Shown one piece after another: positions 47,458 through 56,204 of a stretch of DNA of 60,270 nt. Position 1 is the first letter of the stretch. The number at the start of each line of letters is the position of its first letter. Source of the DNA: a virus (taxonomy: Duplodnaviria; Caudoviricetes); the IMG/VR virus record IMGVR_UViG_3300037473_000305, positions 1 through 60,270 of that record; one strand, given 5' to 3'. Made by a program: the position numbers and the translations under genes. The notes below the pieces were generated by a model. It worked only from the letters and a program-made list of their open reading frames with translations, did no database searches and was not told the origin of the DNA.

Positions 47458-47715
47458 TTATTTAATGAATGGCACCATCGCTTGCATCATAACCGGGTTA
47501 ACATGAGTGTTCCTTGCCGCTGTCTCCAGGTCTTCCTTGATCTGCTCGATTAATCCGCGTGTATTGTCGATATGCGTCAGGCACAGCGGTGACAAACACA
47601 CGTCGAATATCTTCGCTTCTCCTTTCACGATGTCATATTGCACTTTGGCATGGAACGGTTTTTTTACCGTGACAGCCGGAAAGTACTTGTTCGGGATGCG
47701 GTAGAGGATGGTCAT
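47458..47715 (-). CDS. Hypothetical protein
   Basis: 85-aa ORF in early operon. Confidence 0.6.
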   Translation of the reverse strand: MTILYRIPNKYFPAVTVKKPFHAKVQYDIVKGEAKIFDVCLSPLCLTHIDNTRGLIEQIKEDLETAARNTHVNPVMMQAMVPFIK

Positions 47716-47841
47716 GGTTTGGCGGTTAAAGAATGAATAATTGTTTTATGACCGGGATATCGTTCGTTGGGCTTTCCATTCTTTTTTTTAAGGGCCTCAA
47801 TAATTGTTTGCGTAAACTTGTTACGACTAATTACCCCTCTC

Positions 47842-48045
47842 TTATTTTTTTGCTTGCGCATATCTCGAATATTTTTGATGTACATTAATCATTGCTTCTG
47901 CCGCTTTCTCCTTATCCCCTGTCGCCTCGAACGTATCATAATACGCTTCCATCGCCTCTGTGTCTATTGCCTGCCTACCACCGTGCTTTATCGCTTTGGT
48001 GGCTTTCCAGTCTTGTATCATGTCGGGGTGTGGCTCGGGGTTCAT
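47842..48045 (-). CDS. Hypothetical protein
   Basis: 67-aa ORF, ATGA-coupled. Confidence 0.6.
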   Translation of the reverse strand: MNPEPHPDMIQDWKATKAIKHGGRQAIDTEAMEAYYDTFEATGDKEKAAEAMINVHQKYSRYAQAKK

Positions 48046-48293
48046 GCTACAAGTTTTAAAAGTTCAATGACTGACTGTCTGCTATATCTCACCTTATGTC
48101 CCTCACGTTTCACTTTCACCAGTTCCTGCTCCCGTAGCTTGCGCAGCTTTTTGCTATCCCATCCGGTCAGGGTTATCACCGCATCACCGGATATCCACTC
48201 ATCGGTGCTTTTTTTAACCAGTTCCTGGCGCAGCCGGGCCACGTCGTTTGTTAGCCGGTCGAGCTTGGATAGTATGGTCTGTTCGAGGGTCAC
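48042..48293 (-). CDS. Excisionase-like/MerR-type HTH protein
   Basis: WIS......LTGW....LRKLR........G.KVRYSR.SV.ELL. Confidence 0.6.
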   Translation of the reverse strand: MTLEQTILSKLDRLTNDVARLRQELVKKSTDEWISGDAVITLTGWDSKKLRKLREQELVKVKREGHKVRYSRQSVIELLKLVA

Positions 48294-48598
48294 CTATTCG
48301 GGTTTGATTATAGGGATGATAATTCTTCCTCTGCGTCCTTCAAGAAATCTCGCGCAGTAAATATTTTATTTATATTATCTGCAACTTTTGAAGATCCACC
48401 CTTTTGATCAAAGGCAGCATCATATCCATCACCTATCTTGGTCAGCATTTTTCTTATGTCAATAATTTGGTCAAGGAGTTCTGCTATTTCTTTATAGTTC
48501 ATAACTTAACTTTTTTGCATGATTCTTAAACATGCCGCGATACATTCAGCGGCGGTCATCGAGAGGGTTGCGGATTGGTTTTTCACTGTTTTGAGGTT

Positions 48599-49327
48599 TT
48601 AGGTAGTTGCTTGCGTTTTTTCCTGTTCAGCGCAGCGCTTCATGTCCTCCAGCGCTGTCTCATTGTTCTCGTAGAACCGAACCGGGCTAACCGGTATGTC
48701 ACTGGACGATTTGTAGATTTGCTGGGCTGCAAAAAGAGTTGAGGTTTGGCGTTCCAGCTTTGCACCTGCTTCGCCAGCGAGATGGACAACCCATCCAGCA
48801 CGACAATGCGTAGTGTCACACGTATGCCAGTCGCCCATGTTCAAAGCATCCGGCTTATTCGCCGCGTTGAATACTTTGTTATGAATATTTTCAATCACTG
48901 GGTAATTGCCCATGACATTCTCATATAGGCGAACATCTTTCGTTTTTTGTTCGGTTTCACCACTTTTATATTCCAAGCCAGAGCAGCGAGAGCAGCCAGA
49001 GCAGTCAGAGCAGCCATAGCAGCCAGAGCACTCAGAGCAGTCATAGCAGTCAGAGCAGTCAGAGCAGCGAGAGCAGTCATAGCAGCGAGAGCAGCGAGAG
49101 CAGCCAGAGCAGCGAGAGCAGTCAGAGCAGCGAGAGCAGTGAGAGCAGCCAGAGCAGTCAGAGCAGCGAGAGCAGTCATAGCAGCCAGAGCAGTTCCAAC
49201 AACCTTTATTGGATGTATTGTCTTGCTCGTAATTAGGAAATTCATCCGCAAAAGATTGTGATACGCCATTCACATCTTTATCTTTTCTTGAAAAGAATTC
49301 AGAGTATGAAGAAAATATTTGCGTCAT
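48599..49327 (-). CDS. Cys-triplet repeat protein with C-terminal TTHCRAGW domain
   Basis: CWN followed by 24 C-[S/Y]-X triplets; LNMGDWHTCDTTHCRAGWVV. Confidence 0.8.
   Translation of the reverse strand: MTQIFSSYSEFFSRKDKDVNGVSQSFADEFPNYEQDNTSNKGCWNCSGCYDCSRCSDCSGCSHCSRCSDCSRCSGCSRCSRCYDCSRCSDCSDCYDCSECSGCYGCSDCSGCSRCSGLEYKSGETEQKTKDVRLYENVMGNYPVIENIHNKVFNAANKPDALNMGDWHTCDTTHCRAGWVVHLAGEAGAKLERQTSTLFAAQQIYKSSSDIPVSPVRFYENNETALEDMKRCAEQEKTQATT
48977..49195. repeat. 9-bp degenerate tandem repeat (about 24 units)
   Basis: (g/t)agcag-(cga/cca/tca) units. Confidence 0.95.
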
Positions 49328-49330
49328 TTT

Positions 49331-49420
49331 CTAAAAAAATAAACTGTTAACGAAATAGATTACGGTCGGGAAAAGAACAGCGATCGATACGATGGCGATC
49401 TTTAAGTAGATTTTTTTCAT
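49331..49420 (-). CDS. Small hydrophobic peptide, 29 aa (not in ORF track)
   Basis: MKKIYLKIAIVSIAVLFPTVIYFVNSLFF*. Confidence 0.5.
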   Translation of the reverse strand: MKKIYLKIAIVSIAVLFPTVIYFVNSLFF

Positions 49421-49430
49421 GGTTCAAATT

Positions 49431-49535
49431 TTAAAGGGTTACAAAATTTTCTTGACTGATAATGATCGGAAATGCGATCAGTTGAGCAACCAGGATGATG
49501 ATCAAGACGAGGAGTACGATTCTTAATGTTTTCAT
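49431..49535 (-). CDS. Small hydrophobic peptide, 34 aa (not in ORF track)
   Basis: MKTLRIVLLVLIIILVAQLIAFPIIISQENFVTL*; ATGA-coupled to 49532..49744. Confidence 0.5.
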   Translation of the reverse strand: MKTLRIVLLVLIIILVAQLIAFPIIISQENFVTL

Positions 49536-49826
49536 ATTAGGGTTTTAAAGTGTTCTGCTATTTCTTTTGCGAAGCGTCTGAATATCTCAATACCTTTTTT
49601 GTCGTTCGGGTCGATAAGGAAATCAGCGCCAACAAAGTCCGGATCACTGTCTACGTATACAATTACTCCATATCTTATAATCTCCATTTTGGCGGCTTCT
49701 TCTGCGCCAGTTATCAATTCATTTATGGGAGTATACTTATACATGACGGTTATGCTGAATAATTTAAAAGGTTGTTAATGTCCGGTGGTGTACTTGCGAT
49801 TTCACGGTGCCGATATTTTCTTTGCG

Positions 49827-50051
49827 CTACTTCGCGGGAACGGCTTCAATTCCGATAGCCGATTTTATTTTACCAATTGAATCGGGCGACCCTGACCCAA
49901 ATGTCATAATCCGATTGAGTACGTTTCTGTCTATGCCGATAGACAAAGCGCATTCAACTTCTGTAACAAAGCCTTTTCGGTATTGCTTCAGGGCCGCCAT
50001 TTCATCTTTCGTTAGTGCTACACTGGTTCCACGTTTCGTTTGCTTTTTCAT
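49827..50051 (-). CDS. Cro-like HTH protein
   Basis: ECALSIGIDRNVLNRI HTH; divergent from the repressor; first gene of the early operon. Confidence 0.7.
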   Translation of the reverse strand: MKKQTKRGTSVALTKDEMAALKQYRKGFVTEVECALSIGIDRNVLNRIMTFGSGSPDSIGKIKSAIGIEAVPAK

Positions 50052-50080
50052 ATATTTGATTGCTTTGCTTAACAACACAG

Positions 50081-50159
50081 TAAAGATAATATAACATCTT
50101 GTTCGATTCCAAACATTTTGTTTGATTTCGATAACATTTATTTAATCGCACAAATTGTT
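50081..50159. promoter_or_regulatory. Divergent immunity switch with repeated AACAnnnTGTT-like operators
   Basis: aacatcttgtt (50093), aacattttgtt (50112), aacatttattt (50133), cacaaattgtt (50149); leftward TTTG...TATCTTTA promoter-like boxes. Confidence 0.6.
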
Positions 50160-50164
50160 AGAAA

Positions 50165-50794
50165 TTGTCAAACGAATTAAAGCAATTAGTAAAGGAAATC
50201 CAGTTCAAAACAGACAAGTCATTGGGGGAAATCGCCAAGGAAATAGGCTATAGCCGGGCGTATTTTAATAATGAAGTGAATAAAGGGGAAAACGAAGCGT
50301 TGCTAAAACTTTTGCAAGAAAGGTATGGGTCTGAAATCGAACAAACTGTTCTGCACGGAAAGATCAAAGCCGGGCATAAAGTAAGCAAAACGGCGGCCAA
50401 TATTGAAGACTGGCTGCCTTACATCAATCAATCTAATAGTAACCTCATCGAACAAATAGAAGCCCGGCGCCAAGATTTTCAAAAGTGGGCCGAGCTGGCC
50501 CGTTCCGACAAGGAAAAAGCGGAGAAGGAAAAAGATCGCCTCCTTACAATTATAGAGAACAATCTTACCTTATTAATTAAGATAGTTGGATCTGTTGATA
50601 CTAATTTGAAAACTGCAATGGAAGATCTTCACGAAATAGAGTTTGGGCAACGGGCACAACATACGGTGATGATAAATTCATTGGAGCGCATAGAGAAGAA
50701 ACCTGGTAAGTTGAATAAAGAATTGAGCACCTTAGAACGCGCTTATCTACCGAAAGAGGAAAAAGCCGGCAAGACCGAAGATGTTGGCAAGTGA
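50165..50794 (+). CDS. CI-like repressor (N-terminal HTH, coiled-coil C-terminus)
   Basis: SLGEIAKEIGYSRAYF HTH; divergent arrangement; no S24 peptidase motif seen. Confidence 0.7.
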   Translation: MSNELKQLVKEIQFKTDKSLGEIAKEIGYSRAYFNNEVNKGENEALLKLLQERYGSEIEQTVLHGKIKAGHKVSKTAANIEDWLPYINQSNSNLIEQIEARRQDFQKWAELARSDKEKAEKEKDRLLTIIENNLTLLIKIVGSVDTNLKTAMEDLHEIEFGQRAQHTVMINSLERIEKKPGKLNKELSTLERAYLPKEEKAGKTEDVGK

Positions 50795-50875
50795 AGCAAG
50801 GCATAGCCCTGCCGCTGGCAGCGTTAGATTCCATAATGTATTTTCCCGTTTTAAAGGGTCATAAATAAGGCGCAG

Positions 50876-50990
50876 GCCTCGCCGGTAACGAGGCACTGGC
50901 AGGTGCCAACAAGACAGCTACAGCCCACGCCGGTAACGTGGACCGCTTTACCTGAGTTATTGTTATTGAGAACTGCCAGTATTCGTTACC
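50876..50990. ncRNA. Structured element with two identical-loop hairpins
   Basis: gcctcg-CCGGTAA-cgaggc and ccacg-CCGGTAA-cgtgg; actggcag/ctgccagt stem; complementary cgttacc at 50984. Confidence 0.5.
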
Positions 50991-51320
50991 AATCAGATAA
51001 TAGCGATCGAAAAAAACTTGGGGAGAAATTGCAAAATTACTTTAAGCAGAATTAATCATATAAGAACGGCTTTGAGTTTAGGAACAGGGTTAAGCAATAC
51101 TTTTGGGAAAGGACTGCTAATATAGCAAAAATATAATAGCAACAAATATTAGAATATGATTAATATCATGGCTAATACGGTATAGCATATAAATACCCAA
51201 TTAGTTTAGGGGTATCTATGTATTTCGGATGTCTGTTAGAGTTGATCTTCGTCAATATGCGCTAGTCTTAACATAATATTCCATCAAAACTTCGTTTATT
51301 GGTGACCTTAATTATAACCC

Positions 51321-51863
51321 ATGAAGTATTTGCTACTCGCCTTCCTACTGTTCTATTCTTTAATATGCCGCTCGCAGTCATTCGCCACACTGGATAACAC
51401 TTACTATTATGTACTCGATGCACCACGCGGAATTGGAATTGATTTCACTGGAGGTGCCTTTCTGAAAGATAAAGACAACGGATATAAGCAGACGTTTGTG
51501 ATAGGCGCCGGCATTGGCATTCATATGATGAAAGGGTTTGGTAACTCAGATATGTATGTGCCTATTTTTGCGCAGATCGGATACTTCAATAAAGAAAAGA
51601 AAATCACGCCCTATATCAATGGTCGAATCGGATATGGGATCTATAATGGTGCTGCGGACTGGATAAAGGAAAGTGGTGCTATGAAAGGTGGTCTGTATTC
51701 AAATATACGGGCCGGCGCAGGTTTTAAATTGTCACGTAAATTTTCACTTACTCCTTTTTTGGGAGCCAGCCTTTTGATGTTCAAAAAAGTAACCAGCGGT
51801 GAACAACAGACTTATAATGTCGGTGTTGTAAATGCTGGTCTATGCTTTCTTTTTAATAGCTAA
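51321..51863 (+). CDS. Outer-membrane beta-barrel protein (moron)
   Basis: Signal peptide ending RS-Q; about 8 amphipathic Gly/aromatic strands; C-terminal FLF. Confidence 0.8.
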   Translation: MKYLLLAFLLFYSLICRSQSFATLDNTYYYVLDAPRGIGIDFTGGAFLKDKDNGYKQTFVIGAGIGIHMMKGFGNSDMYVPIFAQIGYFNKEKKITPYINGRIGYGIYNGAADWIKESGAMKGGLYSNIRAGAGFKLSRKFSLTPFLGASLLMFKKVTSGEQQTYNVGVVNAGLCFLFNS

Positions 51864-51890
51864 TTTATTCACCTTTATAACCCCTTTACC

Positions 51891-52112
51891 ATGCTCCTAC
51901 TTGACATCGATTCAACAGCATTCTTCACTTACCTGGGTCTCGCTATCCTGTCAATAATTATTACCGGCCTGATTATCCGCTGGGCGGTTCGCGCCGACAG
52001 CATCGTAAAGAACCAGCAGGCAATGATTTATTTTCTGATCATGCAGTGTCAAAAACAAGGAATCCCGGAAGAAGATATAAAACACATCAAAGACCACTTC
52101 GGAATTAAGTAA
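51891..52112 (+). CDS. Small single-TM protein (moron)
   Basis: Hydrophobic N-terminal half. Confidence 0.65.
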   Translation: MLLLDIDSTAFFTYLGLAILSIIITGLIIRWAVRADSIVKNQQAMIYFLIMQCQKQGIPEEDIKHIKDHFGIK

Positions 52113-52135
52113 TATCCTCGAGTAAGATAAAACCA

Positions 52136-52160
52136 GGCGCTGCTGATGTGGCGCTTTTTT
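52136..52160 (+). terminator. Intrinsic terminator of moron transcript
   Basis: ggcgc...gcgct followed by a T-run. Confidence 0.5.
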
Positions 52161-52274
52161 GTAGCTATCCGGCATTTCCGGAGGGTTGCGCAGCATTAAA
52201 TAAGAATGCTGGAAATTAGAATAGCCTGCTTTTTACCGAAAATGTGCGAAATAAGATCAGTATACTATGCTTAT

Positions 52275-53402
52275 TTACTTCCACGCCGCCATTACCTCTT
52301 TCTCTATTTTTTTACCAGTGACCTTGTAATAATTATTGACGCAGGTAACTAAAGTGATGCCCATCAGTTCAGCACAGGTCTCCGCGCTTATTCCCTGTTC
52401 TGCGCACATGGTGATCGCAAATGTGTGTCGTCCGGTATGCGTGCTGATCTTCTTTTTGATGCCTCCTACGTTCTTCAGGGTACGGTTAAATACTTGTTCG
52501 ACCAAGGTGAGGGGTGTAGCCTTTACTCGCTCCAGATGCCTTTTAAGCCGGCCAACAATCGGCATGGTTACCCACTCGCCATTTTTCTTCGCTCGGAGAT
52601 ACAGTCGGTCTCCCTTTACATGCTTACTATAGTCGAACTGCAGCCAGTCGGATAAGCGCAGGCCGCTGTAGCAGCCAAGCAGGAAGTACACCAGCGTTTC
52701 TTTAAGGGTCGCATTAGCAGTCTTGTCGCACAGTTCTTCCAGTTTGTCCAGCTCAGGGAGTGTCAGGTAGTCTTTAGTGGGCGCTGTGTATTCAGGGTTC
52801 TCATAGGTATCGAACGGATAGTGACTGATCACCTTGCGCTTAATGGCAGCATTGAAAAAAGTCTTGAGCGTTTTGAAGATGATGTAAATGTAGTTGCCGC
52901 CGACAGTTGCGCGCAGATGTTCTTCGAATTGAATAAGCCAATTGTGATCGATCTGTTCAAAATGCAATAGGCGCGATCCATGGAACAGCTCGACTACATT
53001 TAAATGCTTGGTGTAGTTTTTCAGCGTACCGGCGGCGCGTTTGTGTTGTACCTCTTTACTGAACTCTGCGGCGAAGTCAAAAAAGTTGTGCAGATCGATG
53101 CCGCGCGTGAAGATGTTTTTAATTTGAGCTGCAGTGACCTGCTCGCCTTTCATCTGGTATTCGACCAGCTTTTTTATGATAAGCGCTTTACGGGTGGCAA
53201 TATCTGCGTTGATGGTACTGGCTGACATGTACCCGGCTTTCACCTGCTCAGCTTTGGCATCCCAATAACGCTCTGCCAGGTAGTGCCCGGTACTGATATA
53301 AGCACGTTCACGGTTAATGGTGATTCGAATATAAATGGGATATTTGCCTTCTGTGTTGGCCTGATGAGTATAAAGTAAAAGCCTAACCGAGTATTTCAGC
53401 AT
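52275..53402 (-). CDS. int: Tyrosine integrase (Bacteroidota arm-binding/SAM-like type)
   Basis: PIYIRITINR arm domain; SGLRLSD, K, HTGRHTFA, C-terminal YYK. Confidence 0.95.
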   Translation of the reverse strand: MLKYSVRLLLYTHQANTEGKYPIYIRITINRERAYISTGHYLAERYWDAKAEQVKAGYMSASTINADIATRKALIIKKLVEYQMKGEQVTAAQIKNIFTRGIDLHNFFDFAAEFSKEVQHKRAAGTLKNYTKHLNVVELFHGSRLLHFEQIDHNWLIQFEEHLRATVGGNYIYIIFKTLKTFFNAAIKRKVISHYPFDTYENPEYTAPTKDYLTLPELDKLEELCDKTANATLKETLVYFLLGCYSGLRLSDWLQFDYSKHVKGDRLYLRAKKNGEWVTMPIVGRLKRHLERVKATPLTLVEQVFNRTLKNVGGIKKKISTHTGRHTFAITMCAEQGISAETCAELMGITLVTCVNNYYKVTGKKIEKEVMAAWK

Positions 53403-53640
53403 ACTGACGTATTACTAACACAAATTAGGGCTTTTTGCGAAATAAACCGTAATAAGACGTAGTAATACGTAGCTCTGAAATCCGCGTCCAGCCTGTATAA
53501 AAGCAAAACCCGCTACAGCAGCGGGTTTCAGAAAAAGAGCCATCGAGGTTCCGAGCAGAGGAGAACCCGACCTTGCAATCAATTAATTATCAGTCAGTAA
53601 ATTATGTTTTCAAAAACACTACTAACACATACCTAACGCA
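53402..53640. other. attP region: tRNA-3'-like core flanked by tandem arm-type repeats
   Basis: Core gaggttccgagcaga at 53545..53559; arm pairs tactgacgta/tactaacaca (53402, 53413) and tactaacaca/acctaacgca (53620, 53631). Confidence 0.7.
53499..53528 (-). terminator. Intrinsic terminator downstream of the att core
   Basis: AAACCCGCT-gctgt-AGCGGGTTTTgctttt. Confidence 0.75.
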
Positions 53641-53902
53641 ATCGCGCTAAAAATAACCCCGATCAGGAATGACCGGGGCGTAAGTGTATAGTAAATACTG
53701 ATCATGAGACTTGGTAAAAAAGCCACCCCTTTCCCAACGGTGGCTCATTGAAACATTAACCGCAGCGGGGTGCTGCTTATCAATCCCTGTTTTAGAAAAA
53801 ACAAATTAAGCAAAAAAATCATGCTGTCAAATAACAGTATTTTCATAATACGTATTATCTAACGCAGTAGCCTAAGAGTAATACTTTATATTACTTAGGG
53901 CC

Positions 53903-54166
53903 ATGATTGGTAAGAAGAAATCTAAAGAACAGGTCAATATTTTAGACAAACAGCAATTGACGATTCAAAAGATCGGCGCCCGTATTCGTGAGCTTCGCAA
54001 AGCCAGGGGCTATACCAATCATGACACGTTCGCCTACGACCATGAGATCGATCGAACGCAGTACAGTAAGTATGAGCGTGGTGCTGATATGCGGGTCACT
54101 ACCCTGATAAAGGTGCTGGCTGCACTCGATATTTCCCTCGAAGATTTTTTCAAAGGTTTCCGCTAA
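53903..54166 (+). CDS. XRE-family HTH regulator
   Basis: IGARIRELRKARG...IDRTQYSKYERG...TL.KV..AL.IS. Confidence 0.9.
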   Translation: MIGKKKSKEQVNILDKQQLTIQKIGARIRELRKARGYTNHDTFAYDHEIDRTQYSKYERGADMRVTTLIKVLAALDISLEDFFKGFR

Positions 54167-54176
54167 CTTAGCCCTC

Positions 54177-54431
54177 ATGACATCCTACGCCGATTTAAAG
54201 AAAGCCATCCAGCGGAAAGCTGTTATCTCCTTCGATCAATTTTTTCTATTCGTTACACAAAAGAAATTCGTGGCTGATATGGGTATCTCTCATACGAGGC
54301 TGCGAACGATCAAAATCGAACCAATGTACATGACTATGGCGGAACTCGACCGCTTATCCGGACTGCTGGATATCAGTGTTGGTAAGCTGGCGGTAATGTT
54401 CAAGGAGTGGTATACGGTGAAGCAGCAATAA
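54177..54431 (+). CDS. HTH-like protein
   Basis: VADMGISHTRL...P..MTMAELDRLS.LL. Confidence 0.65.
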   Translation: MTSYADLKKAIQRKAVISFDQFFLFVTQKKFVADMGISHTRLRTIKIEPMYMTMAELDRLSGLLDISVGKLAVMFKEWYTVKQQ

Positions 54432-54473
54432 TTGACAACCGTCAATATCCACAGAAATAGATATGCAATATAT

Positions 54474-54503
54474 TGCATAGTTCAAATTTGTTGCCTATCT
54501 TTG
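54474..54503 (+). promoter_or_regulatory. Bacteroidota sigma-70-type promoter
   Basis: TTG...TATCTTTG (54496..54503) upstream of 54549. Confidence 0.65.
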
Positions 54504-54548
54504 ATTTATCAAACGAGCGGCGCAGCTCGATAAACTCTGCAAAAGAAT

Positions 54549-55022
54549 ATGTCTACAATTACCGCACAACAAGCTCGAGAAACAAAAATCTTCGTAATTG
54601 AAAATGAAATTGTTGAAGAAACTACATTATTCGATCACGTATGCGAATCTGCCGAAGAAGTAACCAGCCCAAGGGGCATAATGCATAAGTTATTCATTGA
54701 TGAAAAAACAGGGGTTATTTATAGGAAAATAGACACAGGTATCGCAATCGATGAAAAATCCTACAATTTTTTAAGTGACGAAGAGCAGAGCGAATACGAA
54801 TACTATGGTGAGGACACTATTGCATGGGAACTGTGCGAATGGGTTGCCGGGCAAAAGAGAGTTGTATTAGCAACTTATGACAACAAAGAAGATGCTGATA
54901 ACGAATGGTTCAACCACACCTACAATTTCGACTTTCTGCCGGATGATCAGCGTGATACAGCATACTGGCACACTGAGGATGAAGCAGAAGCAGAACTGGA
55001 TGATCGCCTTAGCAATCAATAA
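54549..55022 (+). CDS. Acidic hypothetical protein
   Basis: 157 aa, strongly Asp/Glu-rich; own promoter. Confidence 0.75.
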   Translation: MSTITAQQARETKIFVIENEIVEETTLFDHVCESAEEVTSPRGIMHKLFIDEKTGVIYRKIDTGIAIDEKSYNFLSDEEQSEYEYYGEDTIAWELCEWVAGQKRVVLATYDNKEDADNEWFNHTYNFDFLPDDQRDTAYWHTEDEAEAELDDRLSNQ

Positions 55023-55025
55023 GAC

Positions 55026-55292
55026 ATGGCCTTCGGGCCATTTCTCACGAATAATACTATGAAAGGAAATATAGATCCGGCAAAGCTGGAGGATACTCGT
55101 GCTATCATCGGCACTTGGTTGAAGGATAAGCGTATAGAAAAGGGGCTGTCACAATTGGAACTTGCCGATAAAATGTCCATTCGTCAGGAAACGGTAAGCA
55201 AGGTTGAATCCGGTAAATGGGCCATTACGATTGACATGCTGACACTTTTTTGCCATCACCTGAATATCCCTCTTAAAAAAATATTCAAATGA
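55026..55292 (+). CDS. XRE-family HTH regulator
   Basis: RIEKGLSQLELADKMSIRQETVSKVESGK. Confidence 0.9.
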   Translation: MAFGPFLTNNTMKGNIDPAKLEDTRAIIGTWLKDKRIEKGLSQLELADKMSIRQETVSKVESGKWAITIDMLTLFCHHLNIPLKKIFK

Positions 55293-55657
55293 AAGTATTC
55301 AATTATACACTGCCCGAGTTTGTACTGCTTGATGGCAATAGCCACGAAGGGAATGCGCTTGAAGATCGCGAAGTGCTACAACACATTCGCAGTTCTACCA
55401 TCCTGGAGATTGTTCCAATGGATTTTGTGAAAGAATATTCATTTCGCAAGCCAACGCATCCTTTTGAATACCGCAATGTTGCAGGCGTAGTAGAACGCTA
55501 TATGTTCGTTTGCCACTTCAGCATGCTACACGATCCGGGTACACCAGCTAATGAAGATTTGAAAGAGCTTTTCGAAGAATGCGCACGGTGGTATTGCGAT
55601 TATCTGGCGTGGGAAGACGGCAATATAATTGCCGAAAACAAGGTGACAGGAAATTAA
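55289..55657 (+). CDS. Hypothetical protein
   Basis: ATGA-coupled to the HTH gene; LPEFVLLDG...WYCDYL.WED. Confidence 0.75.
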   Translation: MKVFNYTLPEFVLLDGNSHEGNALEDREVLQHIRSSTILEIVPMDFVKEYSFRKPTHPFEYRNVAGVVERYMFVCHFSMLHDPGTPANEDLKELFEECARWYCDYLAWEDGNIIAENKVTGN

Positions 55658-55682
55658 AAAGCCCGGCGGGGAGTCACCGGGC
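55656..55682. terminator. Hairpin with A-run (terminator on minus strand)
   Basis: aaaaagcccgg...ccgggc. Confidence 0.55.
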
Positions 55683-55856
55683 GTGGTCTGTGCCGGAGGG
55701 GCAGCAGGGCCAATGCTAAAGTACAAGAAAATATTATAGGTCGTGCAGAAAGGATAGGTTGTATTTTTTATTATCTTTGGTGTCTTCGCGGGTGTTTTCT
55801 TATCTACTACTTATAAGCATTTCAATTCTTATATGCCTCAACGTTAGCCGGGAAGC

Positions 55857-56174
55857 GTGACCGGAGAAATAATGGAAAGATATTATGTAATCGATTGGAT
55901 GGTAGAATATAGTAGGCTTCTTTTCAGTGGGACTATTGACGACTGCAAAGATTTTCTTTGGAAAAATACTCAAGAATCTTTTTCACCTCCTAACTCAGGT
56001 TTTACTGAGAATGATACCATTTATAACTATGATGGGTATAAAATTTACTCAAAAGGAGAAATGGAGCAATCAGAATTCGGTCGTGAAATATCTATAATAT
56101 CACATGAAGAACTCAAGGATAATGAACGGTTATTTGAGCAGATAAGAAGAGCTAACCCATTACTTAATTTGTAA
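55857..56174 (+). CDS. Hypothetical protein
   Basis: 105-aa ORF with TATCTTTG upstream. Confidence 0.6.
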   Translation: MTGEIMERYYVIDWMVEYSRLLFSGTIDDCKDFLWKNTQESFSPPNSGFTENDTIYNYDGYKIYSKGEMEQSEFGREISIISHEELKDNERLFEQIRRANPLLNL

Positions 56175-56204
56175 CCGCCTCACCGCTGGATACGGTGGAA
56201 TATT

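Noticed and set aside
580-48360. Numerous 60-200 aa plus-strand ORFs opposite the minus-strand operons
   Set aside because: Antisense shadows of well-supported genes with no recognisable motifs
48977-49195. Possible CRISPR array
   Set aside because: Contiguous 9-bp coding units with no spacers and no cas genes
48895-49269. Ala/Leu-rich (minus) and Ala/Arg-rich (plus) ORFs over the 9-bp repeat
   Set aside because: They stay open only because the repeat lacks stops; the Cys frame has coherent flanking domains
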